From Alphaproteobacteria bacterium (GTDB lineage: Bacteria > Pseudomonadota > Alphaproteobacteria > MPNO01 > UBA830): 64,000 bases of DNA. The DNA is taken from the NCBI GenBank assembly GCA_964291215.2, contig OZ219791.1, positions 2,304,001 through 2,368,000 on the forward strand, written 5' to 3'. This document shows positions 33,285-43,139 of the stretch, one piece after another; position 1 is the first letter of the stretch; every line of letters begins with the position of its first letter. Under the pieces are notes generated by a model that was given only the letters and a program-made list of their open reading frames with translations, was not told where the DNA came from and ran no database searches. The position numbers were made by a program, and so were the translations under genes.

Positions 33285-34100
33285 TCAACTGACGCAAAAA
33301 GTGCCAACTTGGGGGAAGAAGGGTGCCGACCAAGCATTCCGCAACGATGTCGGTCTCTCTTGGCAGCCCGGAGACATGCTGCCGGACTTCGAATCGTCGT
33401 AGGACGACAGGAACTCTGAGCCGTCAGAACTCACCGCGCAAACCATAGCCGCGGTATGGAAGGCCTGCTGATCCGGAAGATACCGGTACTCGGGCCCGAC
33501 GGGACAGGCTCGCCGCGCCATGCAGCCGCGCAGACGGCAGTTTTCTCCCTCGTCGCTCCCCACGTGAGTGACGCAGGAAACCGCATCGAACCGATCCGGC
33601 AGAAAGGCATCCGCCGGGCATACAGTCAGGCATGGTCTCCGCACGCAACTGTCACACGGGCTCGCAAGGAACTCGCACTCTGGAAGTTCGACTCGTTCCC
33701 GAAACAATAGCGCCGCCCGATAGACGTGCCACAATCCGAAATCCGGGTGGATCAGTATGCCGATCGGTGATCGGTGGACAGGTTCCGCCCTCATGGCCCA
33801 GTCCTGGAGCGGCGGATAAGACGGCCCGTCCTCTGGAAAAATCACACCATCGGCGCCGACCTCCCGGGCGGCTTCCCTGATCTTCGGGCGAATCCACCGG
33901 TTGAGGGGATGGGCTATGGCCATATCGGCACCGGCGGTAAACGAGTGCCAGAGATCCGGTCCGGCATTGCCGACGAGCACTAGCGTTCCTGCGGACGTGC
34001 CATCCTCTAGATCCGGCACGAGGTCCGACTCCTCGGGATAAAAGCCACCGCGGACGCAGAGTCCATCAGGCCTGAGCATGTCGTCCAATACGTCCAGCAT
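33285..34100 (-). CDS. 4Fe-4S ferredoxin-like hypothetical protein; stop codon lies inside the IS1634 end
   Basis: LVGNAG, IHPDFGLWHVYRAA, SPCDSC..RPCLTVCPADA and GCMARRACP. Confidence 0.75.
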   Translation of the reverse strand: MLDVLDDMLRPDGLCVRGGFYPEESDLVPDLEDGTSAGTLVLVGNAGPDLWHSFTAGADMAIAHPLNRWIRPKIREAAREVGADGVIFPEDGPSYPPLQDWAMRAEPVHRSPIGILIHPDFGLWHVYRAALLFRERVELPECEFLASPCDSCVRRPCLTVCPADAFLPDRFDAVSCVTHVGSDEGENCRLRGCMARRACPVGPEYRYLPDQQAFHTAAMVCAVSSDGSEFLSSYDDSKSGSMSPGCQERPTSLRNAWSAPFFPQVGTFCVS

Positions 34101-34200
34101 CCGTTCCCGACCGGGGGGCGGCAGCCCTCCATGAGCCGCCAGACCCGGATTTGTCCCCTGGAAATTTTTGTCCGGCGCAACAATGCGGTACTCTTCCGGA

Positions 34201-35016
34201 ATGCTCAAGCGCACCATCCAGTCATCCGGCGAGGAAATAGGTGTTGTCGGGGTCGGAACCTGGAATGGATTCGATGTCGGCGGCGACGCAGCGCAGCGGT
34301 GCAGACTACAGGACGTGCTGACGGTCCTGTTCGACGGGAGCGCCAACGTCATTGATTCGTCTCCGATGTACGGGCGGGCGGAGGGCGTAACCGGCGACCT
34401 CCTCGCCGAGACAGGACGTCGCGGATCGGCCTTCGTCGCGACCAAGGTCTGGACACGCGGCGGATCCGAGGGAATCCGACAGATGGAGGAATCTCTTTCC
34501 CTCCTCCGCACCGATACGATCGACCTGATGCAGATCCATAACCTTGTCGACTGGCGCATCCATATCCGGACACTGCGCCGGTGGAGGGAGGAGGGACGGG
34601 TACGCCACATCGGCTATACCCATTACCGGCCGCATGCCTTCACCGACCTCATGAAGGCGGCGCGGGTGGAACCCGTGGACTTTCTCCAGTTCTGTCATTC
34701 CATCGACGAACCTGCTGCTGAAAACAAACTGCTACCGTTCTGCGCGGACAAGGGGATTGCGACGCTGATCAATCGCCCCTTCGGCGGCGGATCCCTGCTG
34801 TCTCGACTTGCCACCCGACCCCTGCCGGGACTGGCAGAGGATCTGGGATGCCGGACCTGGGCGCAGTTTTGCCTCAAATACGTGATTTCGCATCCGGCCG
34901 TCACATGCGCCATTCCCGGTACCAGCAACCCGTCGCACATGGCCGACCTGCTTGCCGCTGCTGCCGGGCCAATGCCGGACGAAGCGACGCGTCGCCGGAT
35001 GGCGGCAATTGTCTGA
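34201..35016 (+). CDS. Aldo/keto reductase
   Basis: IDSSPMYGRAE, ATKVW, DLMQIHN and AIPGTS. Confidence 0.9.
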   Translation: MLKRTIQSSGEEIGVVGVGTWNGFDVGGDAAQRCRLQDVLTVLFDGSANVIDSSPMYGRAEGVTGDLLAETGRRGSAFVATKVWTRGGSEGIRQMEESLSLLRTDTIDLMQIHNLVDWRIHIRTLRRWREEGRVRHIGYTHYRPHAFTDLMKAARVEPVDFLQFCHSIDEPAAENKLLPFCADKGIATLINRPFGGGSLLSRLATRPLPGLAEDLGCRTWAQFCLKYVISHPAVTCAIPGTSNPSHMADLLAAAAGPMPDEATRRRMAAIV

Positions 35017-35052
35017 CTGTGGAGGCCGGCCGATGCCGCACAGGCTGCAGAG

Positions 35053-35520
35053 TTACTCCCGACGCTCGTCGAGGACGTCGAGGATCGCGTCAACGATTCC
35101 GACATATCCGGTGCACCGGCACAGGTTTCCGGCAAGCTCGAGCCGCACCCGCGCCTCGTCGGCATCGGGCAACCGCAGGACGATGTCGCGCGCCGCCACG
35201 AGCATGCCCGGCGTGCAGTAACCGCACTGCAGCGCGTGGTTTTCATGGAAGGCCTTTCGGAGCTGCGCCATCGCCTCGTCGTCGTCGAAACCCTCAATGG
35301 TGGTTATCTCGGCACTGTCGGCCACGACTGCAAAGGTGATGCAGGAACGGATGGGCTCGCCGTCCATGAGAACCGTGCACGCTCCACAAACGCCGTGTTC
35401 GCAGCCCAGATGGGTGCCGGTCAGGCGCCGGTGGTCCCGAATGAAGTCCGCGAGCGACAGGCGCGGTTCCACGTCTGCAGAAACGGTTTCGCCGTTTATC
35501 GTCAGCGCCAGTCGAGTCAT
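35053..35520 (-). CDS. Xanthine dehydrogenase/CoxS-family 2Fe-2S subunit
   Basis: GCEHGVCGAC, QCGYCTPG and NLCRCTGY. Confidence 0.92.
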   Translation of the reverse strand: MTRLALTINGETVSADVEPRLSLADFIRDHRRLTGTHLGCEHGVCGACTVLMDGEPIRSCITFAVVADSAEITTIEGFDDDEAMAQLRKAFHENHALQCGYCTPGMLVAARDIVLRLPDADEARVRLELAGNLCRCTGYVGIVDAILDVLDERRE

Positions 35521-36332
35521 GCGAAGGCTCTCCCGATGGCGCGGCTCAACGCCACGGCATGGATCTGCAATTCGTAATCGTCGAATCCGGGATCGAGTGC
35601 GGCGAGAATTTTCCGCCCATCCGGAATCGAAAGCTCGCGGGCGCCGCCGACAAGCCTTTCCTCGACCGCCGTAATACGGAACGGCGCCGCACCGGTAGCT
35701 CCGCATACAGCCCGCGGCTCGGACCCGACGGTTATCGCACCGATGGCATCGGCGAACTCGCCCGGCTTGCGGCAGACCTTGTAGTATCCCCAGGGAGTCT
35801 CGCTTCCTAGTTGCGGAATCTCGACCCCAACGATTATCTCATCGTAACCGAGGGCCGTCGTGAAGGGCCCGGTCTGGAACCCGTCGAGCGACAGCTTCCG
35901 TTCCCCGGCAGCGCCGACGGCAACGATGTTGCCCCCGATCGCAAGGAGTGCCGACGGCCAGTCGGCCGACGGGTCGGCGTGCGCAAGCGACCCGCCTATG
36001 GTGCCCCGATTGCGGACCGACCGGTAGGAGATACCGGCAGCCACCGATCGCATGTAGAGCCCGGTCGGGCCGGGCACCGCACCATCCTCTATCCTGGCAT
36101 GGGTTACTCGCGCCCCAATTCGTATTTGGCCGCCCTCGGTTTCGACTCCGTCGAGTCCCCCAACCCTGCCGAGATCGACCAGCCTGTCGGGCTGGGCCAG
36201 ACGCAGGTTCATCATCGGTCCAAGGGACTGTCCGCCCCCGAGAACGCGAACCTCACTGTCAGGACTGACCAGCATCCGCAGTGCGTCGTGAAGCGACGAT
36301 ACGCGGTCGTATTCGAATTTTGCAGGCTTCAT
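35517..36332 (-). CDS. Xanthine dehydrogenase/CoxM-family FAD subunit
   Basis: MKPAKFEY, GGGQSL and RNRGTIGGSLAHADP. Confidence 0.92.
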   Translation of the reverse strand: MKPAKFEYDRVSSLHDALRMLVSPDSEVRVLGGGQSLGPMMNLRLAQPDRLVDLGRVGGLDGVETEGGQIRIGARVTHARIEDGAVPGPTGLYMRSVAAGISYRSVRNRGTIGGSLAHADPSADWPSALLAIGGNIVAVGAAGERKLSLDGFQTGPFTTALGYDEIIVGVEIPQLGSETPWGYYKVCRKPGEFADAIGAITVGSEPRAVCGATGAAPFRITAVEERLVGGARELSIPDGRKILAALDPGFDDYELQIHAVALSRAIGRAFA

Positions 36333-38692
36333 GCCCCGCTCCCTTGAGCTTCCGACTCGCGCAACGCGGCAAGAACCCGTTGCGGCGTGAACGGTGTCTG
36401 CCTGACCTCGCCGCTGACGGAACTCAATGCATCGTTGATGGCATTGCCTATCGCCGCCGGGGTCGGAATCGTGCCGCCTTCGCCCATGCCCTTGATTCCG
36501 AATTCGGTGAAGGGCGACGGCGTCTCCGTGTGCGTGATCCGATAGCGCGGCGCTTCGCCGGTTCCGGGCATCATATAGTCGGCAAAGGTGGACGCCAGTG
36601 GTTGGCCAGATTCGTCATAACCCGATTCCTCGAGAAGTGCAGTCCCGATTCCCTGGGTCGCACCGCCAAAGGTCTGGGCCTCGACAATCATCGGATTGAC
36701 CATCGTCCCGCAGTCCTCGACGATGGCGTAGTCGAGCACATCGACTTGGCCGGTATCCGGATCGACGCCAACCACGCAGGCATGCGTCGCGTAGGTGAAG
36801 GCCCCGGAATCGGGCTCCGGGCGATAGCCCATTGTAACTTCGACGCCGCCCTGGTCGACATCGTCGGGAAGCTCGTCGGGATTGAGGTACCAGACACGGC
36901 CGATTTCAGCAAAAGACACTTCGCCCCGGCCACTTACGATCTTGCCGTCCCTCACTTGAGCTTCGCTGCGTTCGCACTGCATGAGGTGGGCACCGATCAG
37001 TTCCATCCGTTCTGCCAGCACCCGACAGGCACGTGCCGTCGCGCCCCCAGCCATGACCATGCTCCGGGATGCGTAGGTGCCCGTCGAGTACGGGGTAAGT
37101 CCGGTGTCTCCGTGTGTCACGGAGACATTCGCGGGATCGATGCCAAGGATTTCATGGGCCATCTGCGCCATGGTTGTTTCCATGCCCTGGCCATGGCTCT
37201 GGACGCCGAGGCGCAATTCAAGACCGCCATCCGGGGTAAGGCGGACCGTCGCCTGTTCATATCCCGGAACCATCGAGACACCCCAGCTCGCGAAGACCGA
37301 TGTGCCGTGGGCGGTCTGTTCCACGTACGATCCGAACCCGACGCCGATGAGCCTCCCGTCCGGCTGCCGTTCCTTCTGCCGCCTTCGAACATCCTCGAGC
37401 CCGATCAACTCGGCGGCCTTGTACACCGCAGCGGCATAGTCGCCGCTGTCGAACTGTTTCTTGGCGATCGACATGAACGGCATGGCGTCCGGCCTCACCA
37501 TGTTCATGGCCCGGATCTCGTGGGGCTCGCACCCGACCTCCCGCGCCAGAGCGTCGACGGTCATCTCGACCGCATAGCACACGCCGGGGCGGGCAACGCC
37601 ACGATAGGGCATCAGGGGCGGTTTGTTGGTTGTCATCGTGCGGGTCCGGCACCGATACGCTTCGATGTCGTAGGGCCCCGGAAGGTTGCCGTGCGCCATC
37701 GCGCCCTCGAGCCCGTTGGTAAACGGATAGGCCGAATAGGCCCCGGCATCGACCGTCACGTCGCAATCGAGCCCGAGGATCCGGCCCGCCGGCGTCGCGT
37801 GAACGGTCACGAAATAGTGGTGCTCACGGCAGTTGGCGCCGGCCACCAGATGCTCGCGCCTGTCCTCGACCCAGCGCACGGGTCGCCCCAGGTGCCGCGT
37901 CAGCCATCCGGCAACCACCTCTTCGGGCTGGAGGAGCGCCTTGTAACCGAAACCGCCTCCGACATCAGGCGCAATGACCCGCACTTGGCGCTGTTCAAGA
38001 TCGAGAAACTCGGCCAGTCCGTTGCGGATCAGGTGCGGAACCTGCGTCGCCGTCCACATCACGAGCTGGTCGGTGCGGTCATCCCATTCGGCGAAGACGG
38101 CCTTCCCTTCCATCGGATTCATGGCCTGGCGCGCCATGCGGTATTCGCGCCTGACGACAACGGTCGCCCGATCGGCGATCTTGCCGAAATCGTCGTCGGT
38201 GAAGGTCTCCATGACGATATTGTCGTTCCAGTCCTCGTGGATCAGCGGCGCGTCCTCAGCTGTGGCGGCAAGCATGTCGGTGATTGCGGGCAGGCCTTCG
38301 TATTCGATTTCGACCAGCGCTGCGATGTCCTCGGCCTCGGCTCGGCTGTCGGCGACACAGACCGCGACCGGTTCTCCGACGAAACGGACCCTGTTGATGG
38401 CGAGTGCGGGGTAATCCGCCGACTTGTAGCCCGGGAGGCTGGACGGCGCGCGCATCGGGCGCATGCCAGCCATGTCGGAGGCTGCAAATACCGCGTGTTC
38501 CAGACCTGACGGCTTGCCAATGGAGAGGATACGCGCATGCGCGGCCGAACTCCGGACAAAGGCAAGTTCCTTCTGTCCGGGACGCTGGAAATCGGCTGTG
38601 AACTTGCCGGCGCCGCGAAGGTGCCGGGCGTCTTCCTTGCGAAGCACCCGGGCGCCAATGCCCTTACTTCCGGATGTGCCACCGTCCGCCAT
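36329..38692 (-). CDS. Xanthine dehydrogenase-family molybdopterin large subunit
   Basis: RKEDARHLRG, GGGFGYK, active-site loop PYRGVAR and KGMGEGG. Confidence 0.92.
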   Translation of the reverse strand: MADGGTSGSKGIGARVLRKEDARHLRGAGKFTADFQRPGQKELAFVRSSAAHARILSIGKPSGLEHAVFAASDMAGMRPMRAPSSLPGYKSADYPALAINRVRFVGEPVAVCVADSRAEAEDIAALVEIEYEGLPAITDMLAATAEDAPLIHEDWNDNIVMETFTDDDFGKIADRATVVVRREYRMARQAMNPMEGKAVFAEWDDRTDQLVMWTATQVPHLIRNGLAEFLDLEQRQVRVIAPDVGGGFGYKALLQPEEVVAGWLTRHLGRPVRWVEDRREHLVAGANCREHHYFVTVHATPAGRILGLDCDVTVDAGAYSAYPFTNGLEGAMAHGNLPGPYDIEAYRCRTRTMTTNKPPLMPYRGVARPGVCYAVEMTVDALAREVGCEPHEIRAMNMVRPDAMPFMSIAKKQFDSGDYAAAVYKAAELIGLEDVRRRQKERQPDGRLIGVGFGSYVEQTAHGTSVFASWGVSMVPGYEQATVRLTPDGGLELRLGVQSHGQGMETTMAQMAHEILGIDPANVSVTHGDTGLTPYSTGTYASRSMVMAGGATARACRVLAERMELIGAHLMQCERSEAQVRDGKIVSGRGEVSFAEIGRVWYLNPDELPDDVDQGGVEVTMGYRPEPDSGAFTYATHACVVGVDPDTGQVDVLDYAIVEDCGTMVNPMIVEAQTFGGATQGIGTALLEESGYDESGQPLASTFADYMMPGTGEAPRYRITHTETPSPFTEFGIKGMGEGGTIPTPAAIGNAINDALSSVSGEVRQTPFTPQRVLAALRESEAQGSGA

Positions 38693-38695
38693 GAT

Positions 38696-39223
38696 TCAAA
38701 CCTCTCGAGTCTGCACTACCGGCATCAACGCACGAAACGGTATCAACATCGAGAGGGCAAGCGCAAGCTTGACTGCATAGTCTCCGAGTCCCAGCGTTAC
38801 CCACGGCACTTCCGTGCCGGCGAAGGCGATCGAAAAGAACAGCGCCGTATCTACCGCCGACGCGATGAGCGACGACACGAGCGGCGGCATCCACCATCTG
38901 TCCAAGTGCCGGAAGCGATCGAAGATGCGCACATCGAGCAGCTGTGCCGCGAGAAACGCGAGACCGGAGGCAGCCGCGATTCGCGGAGTGGCAAGCACGG
39001 CCGAGAGCACGACCGCAAGGGCGAACCCGACATAGACCACCTGCCGCGCACGCCGTGGACCGAAAGCCCGATTGGTCAGGTCGGTCACGAGGAACGCTGC
39101 CGGATATGAGAAGGCGCCCCAGGTAAGCCAGCTGTTGATCTGGTACTGCACCAGGACATTGGAGCAGGCAACGACGCCTACCATGGCGACGATGCCGACC
39201 GCCATCCCCCGCGGCATATGCAT
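38696..39223 (-). CDS. yhhQ: Queuosine precursor transporter (YhhQ/VUT family)
   Basis: SNVLVQY, TWGAFSYP..FLVTDL.NR, RIAAAS..AFL.AQLLD and DTALFF. Confidence 0.8.
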   Translation of the reverse strand: MHMPRGMAVGIVAMVGVVACSNVLVQYQINSWLTWGAFSYPAAFLVTDLTNRAFGPRRARQVVYVGFALAVVLSAVLATPRIAAASGLAFLAAQLLDVRIFDRFRHLDRWWMPPLVSSLIASAVDTALFFSIAFAGTEVPWVTLGLGDYAVKLALALSMLIPFRALMPVVQTREV

Positions 39224-39237
39224 GTCTTCGCCGGTCT

Positions 39238-39585
39238 TCAGAGAATGACCAGCACGTTCTCGGGCGGGCGCCCAAGGGCGAACTTCCCGGCATTCTCAAC
39301 CACCGGGCGCTCGATGAGTATGGGGTTCTCTACCAGAGCTTTGATCAGCGCATCCCTGCCGAGGCTCTCCTTGTCGAGGTCAAGCTCCCGGTACGGCGCT
39401 TCCTTCCTGCGCATGAGATCGTGCGGCTCCAGCCCGAGCCCGTCGAGAATTCTGGCGATTTCCGGGGCGCTGGGCGGCGTCTTCAGATATTCGATCACCT
39501 CGGGCTTGATGCCCTTTTCCTTGAGAAGGTTCAGTGTCGCCCGCGATTTCGAACAGCGCGGGTTGTGATAGATCCTGACAGACAT
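39238..39585 (-). CDS. arsC: Glutaredoxin-dependent arsenate reductase family
   Basis: YHNPRCSKSR, LIERPVV and GRPPE. Confidence 0.88.
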   Translation of the reverse strand: MSVRIYHNPRCSKSRATLNLLKEKGIKPEVIEYLKTPPSAPEIARILDGLGLEPHDLMRRKEAPYRELDLDKESLGRDALIKALVENPILIERPVVENAGKFALGRPPENVLVIL

Positions 39586-39725
39586 GGGGGATCACTCCTG
39601 CAACGCGACAGCGTCAATTGATGCCGACGGGGCCGCCGAAAGTCAACAGGATCCGCCTTCCGCACGTTGAACCGAAACCCAAGAACCTTGCCCTGGATCA
39701 GTGGTGCAAGGCCGCTCGCCCGGCG

Positions 39726-40700
39726 TCATTCCTCAACAAGCGCCGCCGCACGGCGAACGAGACCGCTGTCGGCGCCGGGGTCACGCGCCCCCTCACCGAC
39801 CATGCGCCGCCAAGCTCGCGCTCCGCGCTTGCCACGAAACAGTCCCAGCGTGTGCCGGGTCATTGCGGGAAGCGGTACGCCATCCGCGAGTTCCTGCTCG
39901 ATATAGGTTACATAGCCCTCAAGGGCAATGTGACGCGAATCCGGCGCCGGACCGCCGAATATCTCCGTCTCGACGCTGGCCAGGAACCACGGATTCTCGT
40001 AGGCCGCCCGTCCGATCATGACGCCGTCGACATGGCGGAGGTGCTCGTGCACCTCGTCGATCCGGGTTATTCCGCCGTTGATGATCACCGTCAGTTCCGG
40101 GAATTCTGATTTTAGCCGATAGACGGTGTCGTAGCACAGCGGCGGAATCTCCCGGTTTTCCTTGGGGCTGAGCCCCTGCAGCCATGCCTTGCGCGCATGA
40201 ACGATGAAAACCCGGCAGCCGCCCGCAGCCACGGTGTCCACGAACCCGCGGAAATGCTCCCACGAATCGTTGTCGTCGACGCCGATTCGGGTCTTGACGG
40301 TAACCGGTATATCCACCGCCGACCGCATGACGCGGACGCAAGCCGAGACGAGGCCCGGCTCGTTCATCAGACAGGCGCCGAAACGTGCGTTCTGTACGCG
40401 GTCGCTGGGACAGCCCACATTGAGGTTGACCTCGTCATATCCCCGGGCCACAGCCATCTCCGCGCACCGGGCAAGATCCTCGGGGTCGGCGCCGCCAAGC
40501 TGCAGAGCTACCGGCTTCTCGGCTTCGTTGAAGCGCAGGCATCTCGACCGGTCGCCGTGCAGCAAGGCCCCGGTGGTCGTCATCTCGCTATACAGCAGGA
40601 CCGACGGCGAGATCTGGCGAAGAAAGAAACGGTCATGACGGTCCGTGCGATCCATCATCGGCGCAACGGAAACGCGACGGTCGGTCTCTGGGCAAGGCAT
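39726..40700 (-). CDS. dusA: tRNA dihydrouridine(20/20a) synthase
   Basis: VAPMMD, NLNVGCPSDRVQ and HARKAWLQGLSPKENR. Confidence 0.93.
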   Translation of the reverse strand: MPCPETDRRVSVAPMMDRTDRHDRFFLRQISPSVLLYSEMTTTGALLHGDRSRCLRFNEAEKPVALQLGGADPEDLARCAEMAVARGYDEVNLNVGCPSDRVQNARFGACLMNEPGLVSACVRVMRSAVDIPVTVKTRIGVDDNDSWEHFRGFVDTVAAGGCRVFIVHARKAWLQGLSPKENREIPPLCYDTVYRLKSEFPELTVIINGGITRIDEVHEHLRHVDGVMIGRAAYENPWFLASVETEIFGGPAPDSRHIALEGYVTYIEQELADGVPLPAMTRHTLGLFRGKRGARAWRRMVGEGARDPGADSGLVRRAAALVEE

Positions 40701-40899
40701 GCCGGTGTCCTCGACAGAACGGCGGATCGCACGGACAACGATTTGATCCGATCCGGGAAAAAGTCAACCGAGAACCGCAAAAAGACGCATCATGTCCCGC
40801 CTGACCGCCACCCGGCAGATAGGAGAACCACTCGACCGCGCGGCATTGGATGCCGACATGGCGGCCGGGGCCCGTCTCCCGGCAACCTGCCGTGCAGAC

Positions 40900-41608
40900 T
40901 CAGCCGCTGTTTCTCAGACCGGCGGAGATCCCGTTGATGGTAAGCAACAGGCCGCGCAGGACATTCGGATCATCCGGCTGTTCGCGGTACGCCTTCAGCA
41001 GTTCGATCTGCATGTGATTCAGCGGATCGATATATGCGAGGCGGTTGTGGAGCGACAGCGTCAGCAGGAGGCTGCTTGCAAGCAACCGGTCGGTCTTTGA
41101 TATCTCCAGAAGGGCCTGAACCGTCTCCGTTCTCTCGTCGTCAATACGGGAGAAGATCAGGTCGCGAAGTGCCGGGTCGGGAACGAGCGTCACGTAGCGC
41201 GACGCGATCGCCATGTTGGTCTTGGAGAGGACCATGTCCATGTTCGACAGCAAGGTGCGGAAGAACGGCCATTCCCGGTACATCTCGCGCAGAAGCGCGA
41301 TACCGCTGGCGCCGTCTTCGGCAAACCAGCGGGACACGGCGGTCCCGAATCCGAACCATCCGGGCAGCATGACGCGGCACTGGGACCAGTTGAACACCCA
41401 CGGAATCGCGCGCAGGTCCCTGATCTGGCCGCCGGCTTTCCTCGATGCCGGTCGAGAGCCGATGTTCAGCCTCGCGATCTCATTGACCACGGTCGACGCA
41501 CGAAAGAACTCGACGAAGCCCGGCGTGTCGTGAACGAGGCCGCAGTAGCCTGCGTAGGCGTATTCCGAAAGGCCGTCCATTGCGTCGACATAGGAATCCG
41601 GAACCTTA
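40900..41608 (-). pseudogene. ppc: Phosphoenolpyruvate carboxylase, C-terminal fragment
   Basis: [21 protein letters not shown] and [10 protein letters not shown]; cut at the ISAzo13 end. Confidence 0.9.
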
Positions 41609-42766
41609 GGGATATCGCCAAAATCAATTGATTGTTATGTCCGTGGTGTGAGGGTGTAGTTCCACTCGCCGTGGAACGGGTCTCTGCGGATGGCGAGGCC
41701 GTCCATCTGATCGTCGTTGACCTTGACCCCGAGCGGATAGCTGTTCTCGTCGAGGTGCGAGCGTATGGTGAGGCCGGTGGTGGTCGCGGCGATCAGCTTG
41801 ACGATCACCTGATAGCTGACGAGGGGCCGGCCGCGCCAGTTCCGGGTGATATGGCAGAACATCCGGTGCTCGATCTTGTTCCACTTTCCGGGCGGGAAGC
41901 GGGCCACCGACACCTTCAACCCGAGTTCGTCGGCGAGGTGCTGCAGCTTCCACAGCCGGTTGCGGCTGCTTTTGGAGCCGTCGGCGGTGATCAGCAGGCA
42001 TCGGGATAGAGCGGCCGGCCCATCTGCCGCCACCAGCGGCCTCGACCGCGAACGCCGCCGTGTCGTGCCCGACGCTGACCCGGCCGGCGTTGGCGGTGAG
42101 ATCGTAGACCCCGCAGGGGATCCGAGCTCCGGATCGGGGAAGTCACGCACGTTGACGGCTTCAGGGTCGCCCTCGGGGCCCGGCCGCCATTGCGGTACTG
42201 GATTTCCTTCTTCTTCGTGTCACCACAGGCTGGCCCAGCCTCCGGAACGCGCGCACCCGGCGCGTCGGAACTGCGGTCCGGATGCTGGCGGCCTTCCAGC
42301 GTCTTGCGATTGGCCTGGAGGCTGTACCCCGGATCGTGGAGCAGCCGGTTCACCGTGCGCTCGCTGACGCCCTCGACCGCAAGACGGTCCGCCAGCGGCA
42401 CTGTGACACCGCAGCGAACTCTCCGGATCGCCGCGCGTCATCGGTTCAAGCTCGCGCCGCCACCAACTCCGGATCCGTCACCCGCTTGCGCCCGCCGCCG
42501 GGGCGACGCAAACGTCCTGAAGGAATCTCACTCGAAGACTCCGAATCAAGCTCCTCCGGCGTGAACGGTGCCCATCCCCGTCGCCTCGGCCACTCGCCTC
42601 CGCGCCCGATAACACGGGCATCCGTCGCCGCCCACAGGCGCCGCGCACGTTCGTTCAGAACCGGACGCAACACCACAAATTTGGATCGCAGCGTATCGAC
42701 TATCGCTTCCATGACATCATCGACAGCAGATCCACACCAAAAAACAAACTAATTTGGCGAGAGACA
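41609..42766 (-). mobile_element. ISAzo13-family element, degraded
   Basis: Fragments LNERARRLWAA, YSLQANRKTLEG, DTKKKE, LITADG and KWNKIEHRMFCHIT. Imperfect TIRs around TCGCCAAA, with TTA on both flanks. Confidence 0.85.
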
Positions 42767-42938
42767 TTACGGTAGTGCGGCGTACTTCCTCGATCAGCGC
42801 GAAGGTCAGCTCGCTTTCCTGAACGCGAATCGTCTCGCCGAGAAGCCGTCCCAGATGCCGGACCTGATCGCCGAAAATCCCGTCATCCCCGTCGAGATCC
42901 ACCGGATCTTCGGGAAATACATCCAGCACAGTTTCCAT
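42767..42938 (-). pseudogene. ppc: Phosphoenolpyruvate carboxylase, N-terminal fragment
   Basis: DQVRHLGRLLGETIRVQE..FALIEEVRR resembles the PEPC N-terminus. Confidence 0.75.
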
Positions 42939-43139
42939 GTTCGCTCCCCGTTCACGAACGCCGCTGAACTGCTGCGACGGCAGCGGCCAGAGAGCGGGAA
43001 AAGGCGGCTGTCGATAATACGGACGCGCCGGAAACCGTCAACCGGAGCCGCTGCGCCCGACAACAGGTGGTAGGCCCGTCGGCACGACGTGACCCTGCAG
43101 CAAGCAGAGGTCTGGGCCGGAGAACGCGGCACCTCGTCG

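Larger units (their letters stand above)
30154..33313 (-). mobile_element. IS1634-family element, copy A (degraded), carrying a nested IS110
   Basis: Perfect 21-bp TIR CCCAAGTTGGCACTTTTTGCG (30154-30174 / 33293-33313). Transposase fragments MFIRATKTR..VRQRTL, FYDLTN, FGRSKQKRNDCP, VVMDAG and TDIEATFRSLKSE. Confidence 0.85.

Noticed and set aside
36329-38692. Aerobic CO dehydrogenase coxL
   Set aside because: The active-site loop is PYRGVAR, not AYxCSFR.
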